From Singulisphaera sp. GP187 (lineage in GTDB: Bacteria > Planctomycetota > Planctomycetia > Gemmatales > Gemmataceae): 64,000 nt of DNA. Below are positions 1 through 9,700 of the stretch, piece after piece; the stretch's first letter is position 1, and every line of letters begins with the position of its first letter. The notes under the pieces were generated by a model, which saw nothing but the letters and a program-made list of their open reading frames with translations, did no database searches and was not told where the DNA came from. Location: assembly GCA_945861245.1 (NCBI GenBank), contig CAMAUE010000009.1, positions 60 through 64,059 on the forward strand. Direction: 5' to 3'. A program made the position numbers and the translations under genes.

Positions 1-1
1 C

Positions 2-1648
2 GACGCCGCGGCGGCGCAGTATGATGCGGCCGCGCTCATCATCAACGGCGACTACAACACCGCCGTCGCCCCGTTTATCACTGCCCGCGATGCCGCCAAA
101 TTGATCGCGTTGGCCGATCCGAGCGATGCCGTCGCGCAGGCCGCTTGGGTAACTGCCGAGTCCGATCTGCTCAATGCCGAGACGACGTTTGGCGCCGTGC
201 GCGACACCGATTTGGCGAATGCCGTGGCGGTGCAACAATCGGCGGAACAGGCGGCGAGCGCCACCTATCTGCCGACGCTGACGGCCGGCAGTGCCGCGTT
301 TGATGCGGAATTGAACGGCGCGAATACGCAGTACCACTCCGATGAAGAAGCCGCATGGGCAGCCGCTTTTACGGAAGAATACATTGCCCAGCTGGCCTTC
401 CGTCAGGCGGAGCAGACCGCGTGGGACAACTACGCAGCGGCGCTGTCGTCGATTAACACGCTGCAATGGGGCCTGGAGTACAGCCAGCTATTCCAATTCC
501 TGGCGACCGCCAATGCCGCGTTGCCAGCGTGGCAAACCGCCAAGGCCGACGCCTGGCAGCAATACCTGACGGACCTGGCGGCGATCCCGAACGCCCCGGC
601 CCCCGGCGTGGAGCAAGCGAACCCCGCGTTCGTGCTCAACCCGCCGTACGTCAATGCGCCGATAATCACCGCCTTGCCACGCCTCGAACCAGTGTTGGCA
701 GCGGCGGTTCGCGAGGAGTTCTTCGTTGCGCAGCCGAATCCGCTCGTGGCACCAACCATTCGGGATGATCTCGACATTTCGGGAGAAACGGACACCTATA
801 TCGTTCGGCGCGCGATTGCTTTCGTCGACGTTCGTTATCGACTGAACGAAATTCCGGTGGTTGTACCAAATGCGGTGGCACCAGTGTATTTTGGGGTGCT
901 AGTAGATAATTCCGTTTATATCCCTGCGATGACAGGCAATCCGGCCTACCGTCGCGCTTACGTCACTGCGGCCCAGCTTGCGCGAATTAATATTCGCGCC
1001 AACCTCGTGAACCTTAAGCAAGGCCTAGTAAACCGTATCTACAACATGGTCATCAACAATCCGCCCGCAGGCGTGGCGATTGTCAATGCCGATGTGGCGG
1101 CGATGGCGAACCGCACAGCCGACGACCTAATTCGGATGACCGATCTATTCCTGCGAACCCACCCCGGTGCTCGTCCTGAGCTTGGGACTCGAAACTATGT
1201 CGCCAATGCTTTTGAATGGCAGAACCGATTCTCGCATCCCTGGTGTGCCGACTGGACTGGGGCTATGATGGCCTGGATTCATACAGTTATCCGAGACCGA
1301 CAGCACCCAGCTAACACCTACTTGGAATTCGACTTCGGACAGGCCAACAGCACTGTAATCCTACAGCACAATTTCGTGATTGTCCGACCACGAAATTACG
1401 CCATTCAGCTTACCTCGCCATGGCTGTCCCCTGCTGCGGACCCAGTTGTACTGTTGTTCGATCCATGGCGCGAATTGCTTCCGATCGCGTATCACACGAT
1501 ACCATGGAATTGGACAGCCAGACGTGCGCCGACCAATGTGATCGATCATCTTGAATCCGCCGAATACATCTATTACCGAGACAACATCAACAATCGGAAC
1601 ACTCGCTTCAGCGATCTTCAACTTCGACTTGGATCCTTTTTGCCCTAA
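2..1648 (+). CDS. 3' portion of a large Ala-rich (probably secreted/surface) protein whose 5' end lies upstream of the window; ends in a lower-GC ~300-aa C-terminal domain with a candidate Cys-His-Asp triad
   Basis: The frame is open from nt 2 to the TTG at 101 where the ORF track starts, so the CDS is cut by the window edge. It has an Ala/Gln/Trp-rich helical-looking region, then a Pro-rich linker (PNAPAPGVEQANPAFVLNPPYVNAP). The following domain contains HPWC(nt 1244-1246)ADW, LQH(1367-1369)NFVIV and LLFD(1460-1462)PW. No family recognised by eye. Confidence 0.6.
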   Translation, partial: DAAAAQYDAAALIINGDYNTAVAPFITARDAAKLIALADPSDAVAQAAWVTAESDLLNAETTFGAVRDTDLANAVAVQQSAEQAASATYLPTLTAGSAAFDAELNGANTQYHSDEEAAWAAAFTEEYIAQLAFRQAEQTAWDNYAAALSSINTLQWGLEYSQLFQFLATANAALPAWQTAKADAWQQYLTDLAAIPNAPAPGVEQANPAFVLNPPYVNAPIITALPRLEPVLAAAVREEFFVAQPNPLVAPTIRDDLDISGETDTYIVRRAIAFVDVRYRLNEIPVVVPNAVAPVYFGVLVDNSVYIPAMTGNPAYRRAYVTAAQLARINIRANLVNLKQGLVNRIYNMVINNPPAGVAIVNADVAAMANRTADDLIRMTDLFLRTHPGARPELGTRNYVANAFEWQNRFSHPWCADWTGAMMAWIHTVIRDRQHPANTYLEFDFGQANSTVILQHNFVIVRPRNYAIQLTSPWLSPAADPVVLLFDPWRELLPIAYHTIPWNWTARRAPTNVIDHLESAEYIYYRDNINNRNTRFSDLQLRLGSFLP

Positions 1649-1665
1649 CCATGCGGAGTTGCATC

Positions 1666-2697
1666 ATGAAATTCGCGTTGTTGGTACTGGCGGGTGTCGC
1701 GGTCTTTGGCGTCGTTCATCACGTTACCGCGCCTGCGCCTCGTCTGCAGTTTGGCGACGCAGGCATTGCTCAGTTTGCGCCCGCAGCTTTTTCACGCGAC
1801 GGAAAAACGATCCTGGCACGCGGATACCGAAGTGGTCCTGTCTTTGGCGCTCCAAGCCAGAGCCTACTTCGATTGTGGGATACTTCATCTGGAAAACAGA
1901 TTCGAGATTATAAGACAAATTCTGAAAAGCAAACGCAGGAAATTCGCAAAGTCGGCATCTCTCCCGACGGAAAGTACGTCTTCGCAATCGGACAAGATTT
2001 CCCATTAACGATGTGGGAAACCGAAACAGGAAAAGAAATCCGTACCTTTGCGGCCACAACAATTTCCACGGGTAGAATCGCGTTTACACCGGACGGTTTG
2101 AATGTAATCTCAGCGAGCGGGATGCTTCGCATCTGGGAGACGAAAAGCGGCGACTTGCTGCGAGACCTCGACTATCGGAAAACAGGTCCACGTGGCGGCG
2201 CTGGCGATGCGCAAATCTTTTTTTCAATAGATGCCAAGTACATCGTGCTTGACTGCGGTACCGATGTTTCCGTCTGGGATTTCGAGAAACTAGAGATGAA
2301 ATTTGCTTTCGTGCAGTACCCACCAACTCGCCCAATCGAATTTCGGCTACCAGTCGTCAACGCTGTTCGTGGATTCGCTATGTCGCCCGATGGCCAAGGT
2401 TTGTGGATTACTACCACCGACGGCAAAATTACCGAATACGAAATTGACACGGGAAAGCTGCGAAAAAGCTACCAAATCAATCCAGACGGCGACATCCACG
2501 TCCTTGCCGTTAGCCCCAAGGGTGACAAGATCATGACGACGGGCTTTCATGGCAACACCATCGTCTATTCGTTTCCCGAATGCAAAGAGATCAAACGCAT
2601 GCTGGGCTATGGCCACGTGCAATTCTCCCCCGACGGCAAGACCGCGCTCACTTTCACCAAGAATGGCCGCATGATGCTGTGGGATTTGGATAAGTAA
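1666..2697 (+). CDS. Exported seven-bladed WD40-like beta-propeller protein, paralogue 1
   Basis: Track ORF 1651..2697; preferred start is ATG 1666 (MKFALLVLAGVAVFGVV, GGAG about 9 nt upstream). Hydrophobic N-terminal signal/anchor. Blade ends: LRLWDTSSGKQIRDY, LTMWETETGKEIRTF, LRIWETKSGDLLRDL, VSVWDFEKLEMKF, ITEYEIDTGKLRKSY, IVYSFPECKEIKRM, MMLWDLDK. Confidence 0.8.
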   Translation: MKFALLVLAGVAVFGVVHHVTAPAPRLQFGDAGIAQFAPAAFSRDGKTILARGYRSGPVFGAPSQSLLRLWDTSSGKQIRDYKTNSEKQTQEIRKVGISPDGKYVFAIGQDFPLTMWETETGKEIRTFAATTISTGRIAFTPDGLNVISASGMLRIWETKSGDLLRDLDYRKTGPRGGAGDAQIFFSIDAKYIVLDCGTDVSVWDFEKLEMKFAFVQYPPTRPIEFRLPVVNAVRGFAMSPDGQGLWITTTDGKITEYEIDTGKLRKSYQINPDGDIHVLAVSPKGDKIMTTGFHGNTIVYSFPECKEIKRMLGYGHVQFSPDGKTALTFTKNGRMMLWDLDK

Positions 2698-2730
2698 GGC
2701 CGCGTGCATTTCGCAGAGAGGAGTTGCATC

Positions 2731-3708
2731 ATGAAATTCGCGTTGTTGGTACTGGTCACCATAGCGTCTGCGGGAATTTTCTATCAGGTTGCCGTACCGT
2801 CGCCGCGCCTCACGTTCGGCACTGCAGCAGATGACCAGGTGCTATTGGCGCGATTTTCTCTTGATTCCAAAACAGTGATCAGTTCCCAGAAGAAGAAAGG
2901 GTTGCAACTCTGGAATGTTTCCGATGGCTCGCTTATTCGCCAATTCAAATCCGCGAATGAACGCCCGACACAGGAAATACGAACCGTCAGTTTTTCTGCC
3001 GACGGAAAAACACTGATTGCATCGGGACAAGACCGGGATCTCGTTTTTTGGGATATCGCAACAGGAAAAGAGCTTCGCGCGATTCCCGGCGACAACAAGG
3101 AAACTTTCTTCCTGCACTCCATGACACCGGATGACTCCCAAATATTGACTGTCGACTCTAATTCCAACATTAAGCGATGGGATGCACAAACCGGTAAGCT
3201 TCTCAAAGAATGCAAGGTTCGACGCACGGCACCTTATCCAAACACCATGGAATTTGCTAAGGATGGGAGAAATTTTCTACTGGTTGATGCACACGAGGTC
3301 TTTGTGTGCGATTTGGAAACACTGGAGGTTCGATTCAACTATGACAAAGGCGATCACAAACCATTGAGATATATTGGAATCGGAGGTGCGAAGATGGCAC
3401 CAGACGCTGCCGGGATTATTTTTTGCAATCGCGAAGGCAAGGTCGTTGATCTTGATTTTGCAACCGGAATGGAGCGTCGAACGCTTGACCTTAAATCATC
3501 TGGAATTCGCGCGATACGGTTAAATGCCAAGGGCGATAGGCTGCTCGCTGGATGCGCGGACGGAGTAGTACGTTTTTTTTCGTATCCTGAATGTAAACTG
3601 CTCAAAACTATTTCCGGTTACATTGACGCGCAAATCTCCCCCGATGGCAAGACCGCGCTCACCTTCACCAAGAATGGCCGCATGATGCTGTGGGATGTGG
3701 ACAAGTAA
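2731..3708 (+). CDS. Exported seven-bladed WD40-like beta-propeller protein, paralogue 2 (tandem duplicate)
   Basis: Track ORF 2704..3708; preferred start is ATG 2731, preceded by the same 36-nt block as paralogue 1. Blade ends: LQLWNVSDGSLIRQF, LVFWDIATGKELRAI, IKRWDAQTGKLLKEC, VFVCDLETLEVRF, VVDLDFATGMERRTL, VRFFSYPECKLLKTI, MMLWDVDK. Confidence 0.8.
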   Translation: MKFALLVLVTIASAGIFYQVAVPSPRLTFGTAADDQVLLARFSLDSKTVISSQKKKGLQLWNVSDGSLIRQFKSANERPTQEIRTVSFSADGKTLIASGQDRDLVFWDIATGKELRAIPGDNKETFFLHSMTPDDSQILTVDSNSNIKRWDAQTGKLLKECKVRRTAPYPNTMEFAKDGRNFLLVDAHEVFVCDLETLEVRFNYDKGDHKPLRYIGIGGAKMAPDAAGIIFCNREGKVVDLDFATGMERRTLDLKSSGIRAIRLNAKGDRLLAGCADGVVRFFSYPECKLLKTISGYIDAQISPDGKTALTFTKNGRMMLWDVDK

Positions 3709-3764
3709 CGTTGGTGCGTTCCATGTTCGCGCTCCGCTGCGCGTCGCGGCAAAACAGGTTCTGC

Positions 3765-6700
3765 TCAGCGTGTCCCCGTCACTTCCAGCTTACCCCCGCC
3801 GGTTTCGCCACGGTTTTTTTCGTTGTACATTGGGAAGGCGATGCCGCGCAGGTGTGTCGCTTGGCCAATCGTCTCGGCACGGAGGTAGTAGACGATTTCG
3901 TGCGCACCGGGCGGGAGGTTGCGGAAGAAGACGCACAGCCGGTCGTCGCGGAACTCCTGGTGCACGGCGGATTGAGCCGCGAGGCCGGTGATACGGTCAT
4001 CGGCGAATTCGCACAGGCTGGGGCGGCGCTCTTCAACGAGCAGGTATTCCTCCGCGCCTTGCAGATCGAGGCGAAGGCGAACCCGGATGACCTGACCGAT
4101 GGTCAGCGGGCCGGTGATCGGTTTGCCGTCGAGCGCTTCAAGCTGGCGCGACAGGCGCACGCGCGTGCCGGTCGCCTTCGGATCGATCTCGCGCTGCACG
4201 CCGACCGCGCGGACGGCGACAAAGATCGGCTCGTCGCTGTCGGCATGCAGGCGAAGGTCCAATCCTTCCCTCGCGGGCATTTGATCTGCGGTGAGCCTAA
4301 TGCGTTGGAAAAGCGACCGCTTGGCATCGGCTTTGCCCAGGTCGAGAATGGTCTTGCCATCGGACGTGATGCGGAAGCCGCGCAACGTGCCTTTGGCGGG
4401 AAGGTAGGCCATCATATTCGCGAGCGATTCGAGTGCCCAGGACGTATCGCGCGTGTGATGCCAGCGTGAGCCTTGTCGGCGGGCCAACAACATTTTGGCA
4501 GTTTGCTCGCAGTTAGCATAAGACGCACCGAACGCGATCTGCGTTTTCAGCAGCAGTGCCGTCGATTCGGTGTCCCACGGCGACATCGCTTTCGCCTGCT
4601 TCCAGAGTAGCTCGCTCAGTGCCGGCAAGCCCGCCAGGCGACATGCCAAGGCCGTTCGGGATGCGGTATCGGTCATGTCGGATCGCGTGAGAATTTTCTG
4701 ACCAAACGCTTCGAGTTCCTTGCGATCGGCATGCCCAGCGGCGGCGAGCGAATACCAAGCCCGCGCCGCCAGTTCATAGTCCTGCGTGTTCTTACGCAAC
4801 TCAGCGTGCAGGAAATCGCAGCCCTTCTTGAGCACGTGCGGATCGACGCGCGTGCCGGCGGCCTGACAGCGTCCCAGGCCGTAGACGACATAGGTCGTCA
4901 TGCTGAGGTTCGGGCTATCGCCGCCGAACCAGCCCCAGCTTCCGCTGGCGTTCTGATGCGAGTAGACACGTTCCAATCCCTTGGCCAAAATATCGGGCAG
5001 CTTTGCTTCGATGTCAGGTTGAAGCTGCACGCCTGATTCGTGCATGGCATGTTTAATCATGATCACCGGCAGAAAGCGGCTCATCGTTTGCTCGATGCAG
5101 CCGTAGGGATAATCGACGAGATAGTCGAGCCCATGCAACGCCTGCGCGATGTTCGACGACGCCAGGCTGATCTGAATCTCGTCGGCCACGAAACCCGCCG
5201 GCAGGGCGATGCGGCCTTCACGTATGAAGCTGCCGGCGACCTGTTTGACGCCCGGCTTCGGCTGCGGAGCGGCGGCGATCGGGTCGTTGGCGTTTACTTC
5301 CATCGGTTTGCCTATTGGGTGGATTGGCAGCGTGCGTGCTTCGGCGTCGGCGTCCTGGCTCGTGTTCGCGCGGAACATGATCTTTGCCGAGCCGACGGCA
5401 TCGAACACGATCGGCAGCACAACTTTGACCGAGCCATTTGCGGGAACCTGAATCTTGCCTTCGAGCCTCTTAGGAAACTCCGCGAGGGTGCCAGCGATCT
5501 CCCAGGCGTAACTGCATTCGCTCACGACACGCGTGTGATTATGGATCAGCGCGACCGCTTCGATGCGGTCTTTCTCCACGGCGAAGCGCGGCACGAACAC
5601 CTGCACGGCAAGCGGTAAACCGGCGGTGATATGCGAGCGCCCGACGCCGATACGCGTTTCCTTGGTCAGGGCGACCGCGCTGAGGCGATAGCGCGTCAGC
5701 GAATCGGGCAGTGTGAATACCGCCTGGGCGATGCCATCGACATTGGTGTGAAGCTGCGGCATCCAGGTCGCGGTTTCCTGGAAGTGCTCGCGCAGCCGGG
5801 CCAACGGGATTTGTCCTGCCGGAAGCTCGCCGCCGAGCCGAGGCAGCGGCGGGAGCGTGAAGTTCGGCACACGCCGTTCGCCGCTTTCAAGGGAAGAGGA
5901 CGTTTTCTCTAGCGCTTTCATGGCGGACTGTTGTTGCATTGCCATTTGCATCAGGTCTGCCTTCAGCAACTCGACGAGATCGCGTTTCTCGATAAGCACT
6001 GCCCGGCTCCAGCGATTGCCGAGGCTGACTCGCCAGGGTTTAGGCAGGAAGCGGCGCGGCTCTGACGGGGCAGAGAAGATCGACGCCAGCGCGTCGAGAT
6101 TATCTTCACCGAACGCGAAGACGCTCTCGTCCACTGCTGCTAGCGACACCTCCGCCGATGCGGGCTTACCGGCGGCATCCGTGACGGCAACACGAGCACG
6201 CACCGCATCGCCAGGTCGATATGCCGTGCGATCCGTGTCGATGGTCACGCGCAACTCTGGATCCGCGAGCGCGTTTGTCGGGTTCGTCACATCGACTCGG
6301 CACCAGCGTGAATCGATTGCGTCATCGCCGTCACTTTCCAATAGCTTTCGCGCTTGTTCTTGCATTTTCATTCGTTCACGAAGGTTCTCAAGCGTCCGAA
6401 TTGCAGGAACACCACCAGGCAGGACGCGTCCTTGTACATAAACGTTCGGATAGAATCTTTCCTTAATAGGCAAGTCAACGACCTGATACCGTCCGGCCTT
6501 CGCGTCCGATTGCCAAACGTGATAATCGAGAATCGTGCGGCCCTCGAACGTGAAGAGCACTTTCGCGCCGGGCCTTGGAAGATACACTAGCAACCGCAGC
6601 TTTCCATTGACGGCGGCGGTATGGCGGTCGAACAGGGCGATCACATGTTGCGTTGGGCGTTCCCACTTCGACAGACGACGGTCGGTTTCGTGGCTGAAAT

Positions 6701-9700
6701 CGCTGAGATTTACCCACTTGGGCTTGTGCGAGGTCGCCAGGCCATCGTCGTTGTCGATTTCGTCGAGTCGATCGCGTTCGTGCCATTTCGCCTGGTGCAA
6801 TCGCGGATCACCGTTGCCGGCGTAGATGTAGATGGAGGTTTCGTCCGCGCCCGCTTGGATCGTGTACCAACCCGCCCCGGGGAACTTGACACTCGCGCGG
6901 CCGTCCTTGGCGAGGAAGCGCAGGTCGGTCAAATCTTGCGATACACGAATTTCTTTAGCTCTGGTGGTCACGATAAGCGGCTGCGCGAGCGGATGAAAAC
7001 CGGGTAAGTCTGATAGAGGAGTGGTCGCTAATCCCGCCGGATCGTCGACAGAGGTCGGTATGGCATGCATCACGGTTCGCCCGCTCTCATCGACGATGGC
7101 GCAAACGACGACGTAGTTGCCCGGCTGTAACGAACGCGGCATCTGCAACCTTAATTTCGCTTGGCCGTCGTCGCCGAGTTTTGCGGTCTTCTCAATGATT
7201 GCATGCTGGCTATTCTTGCGCATCAGGCTGACGCGAGCTTCGCCGGCTTTGACAGGTGAGCCGAAGTAGTAGCGTCCGCCGATGTGTAGGTCGAGCGCTT
7301 CGGATTTCGCGATTTTCTTGGGGACGCCGACGATCGTCACCTCGAAATTGGGCCGACGGTATTCCTTCACGGCAAAGAGATCGGGCACGAGTCGTGGTTC
7401 GCCGGCGATGGTCACGCGCAGCGTATAGGCGCCAAGCACACATTCGGTGTTGAGCGTGAGTTTGCCCGCGGCCGTACCGAATTCGCTGAGTTTGAGATGG
7501 CCGGATCCGACCTCGCGGCCTTTCGGATCGAGCGCGCCGAACCGCAACGATTGATCGAGATCAGGCAGGCTTAGCTTGGTAGCGGCATCAAAGTCCTGTG
7601 CTCTAAAGCTTTCGCTTTGTGGCGTCGATTGGCCTGGTGGTTCGAGTTTGCGGACGATCAGCTTGAACTGCACGTTCTGTCCGGGCCGATAGGTCGGGCG
7701 ATCGGTGTAGCCGATGACGACATGGCGATCGGAATAGATGTGCCCACCTATGTCCTTGCCAAGACCGCGATCCGAGCGAGCCATGCGCTCCTTCAGCATG
7801 CGCGGTTCGTCAGAGGGTGCGGCGTCATAGATTCCTTCAAAGACGGCGCCAAAACCGCCGATCGCGTAACGGCCTTGGTGATGCGCGATCAAGGCGCGGT
7901 CGCCAAACCCTAGCACTTTCGCAAAGGCGACGCCTTGCTTGTCGGTCACTGCCTTGGCTTGCAGACCATTGGCGTGAATCTCGGCACCGACGAGTGGCGT
8001 CGCGTTTTTGGCGTCGGCGGCGAGCACGAACACGCCATCGCGGCAGCGGCGCAGCGTCAGGCTGAGCGGTTCAACCACGATCGGTACGTTGGCGATTTGG
8101 CCATTCGCCTCTGCCATCAGCACATACGCCCCCGCCTTCGCCAAATGCTTGCCAGGTATCTTCACGATGCGATCGCATTGCCAAGAACTCAGGCCAAATC
8201 GCGAAGGTCGATACGATTTCTGCATGCGATCCTCATACTCGTGGCATTCGTCGTCGAAGTAGTGCGCGTCGGGTTCATCATGCCAGCGATCCTCGTCCCA
8301 CCAGCGGTGATGTCGATGCCGCCGGCTGCTGTCGTTGTCGTGGTGAGGCAGCTCGGCTACGTCGGCCTCCCATTGCGATATCAGCTGCCCGCCCGTCCAC
8401 TGTGGTGCGGCAACCATCTTGAATTCACCGTGACGCGATTTGAATCGAGCATAATTCTTGTGGACTTTCAGCATCTCATCTCGAAGAATCGAAATCTCCT
8501 TATTCAGATCGAGATGATGATCCTGGTAAATAAACGACGTACCAATTTCACTGGCCGCATGGACAAGCTCGGTGGGCCTATCGACGCGGTATAACTTGAA
8601 CTTCACTCGCTCGGTGTTGCGCACATCCATGAGCAGCGAATGATCGGCACCAGCAGGAGCGCCGCCGGCAATGTCAAAAGTGATGACGGTGTTGTTGCGG
8701 CGAAGTTCCTCACGCCAGTGTTGAGCTTTCTGCGACAGCTTCGCTTCATTTACGCCACTGAGCAACAAAGCGGCGCGAACGACGTCGGCGTGGCGTGGAT
8801 TACGCAGACGCCAGTGTGCCAGCGCTGGTTCCGGGATCGGCAGGTCCGGCGGGACGATGCCCTTCATCTGCGGATTCAGCGTGAATTTGGCATACCAGGA
8901 ACGCAACCCGGAACGATATTGCTCGGTCACATTTTCAGGAATGTCGGGATACATCCAGTCTTCGCCGGTCATCGCCTCTTGCCATGGACTGAACCCGTGA
9001 ACGTCGAGAACTTTTACTTTTTCTTCAGAAGCATGCCGACCATGAATGGGCAGCGCTGGCAAATATGGCGCGTGCCAGGTTAGGTGGGGGCGCAACAGGT
9101 CGAGCGCGAGCAGGAAACGCACCTCGTCAGTCAATTCGCTGTCGTCGTAGATACGCGTGATGCGTGGAAGCAGCCCACGTTTGGCGTCGATCGAGAGGGC
9201 GTTGCGGAAATCGTCAAACAAACTGCGCGCGTCGCGCAGGTCGCCGAGCACGCTCAGGCTGCACGATTCGAGCTTTGTGGTGCTACCATGCGTTTGCAGC
9301 CGTACCGTGCCGCCGAGGGTGAAGGTCTCGCTCTCGGGCGTGTAGACGAGGCGCTGAGCACGCACGCCAGCGGGGTAGGCGCGAATGCCATGCACGAGCA
9401 CATCGCCGATCGCGCTGAGCGTCGCCGGCGATCCATCGTCGTGATGCAAGACCTGCAGATGATCGCATTTCAGGCTCAGTGATTGGAAGCTCGCCATAAC
9501 GCCATCGCGATACTCGATGATGTTGCCCTGGACTTTCTTTGATTTCGCCTGAACACGCAAGTCCGTCATCACGCGGCCATCGGGTATGCCGACATCAGGC
9601 GGCGTGGATATTACGGCAAGCTCGCTGCGCAGAAGCCGTTCGATTAGGTCGTTCCAGACCCGCGGTTCCTCCATTCGTTCGAGCAGAGCGGCCAGTTTCT

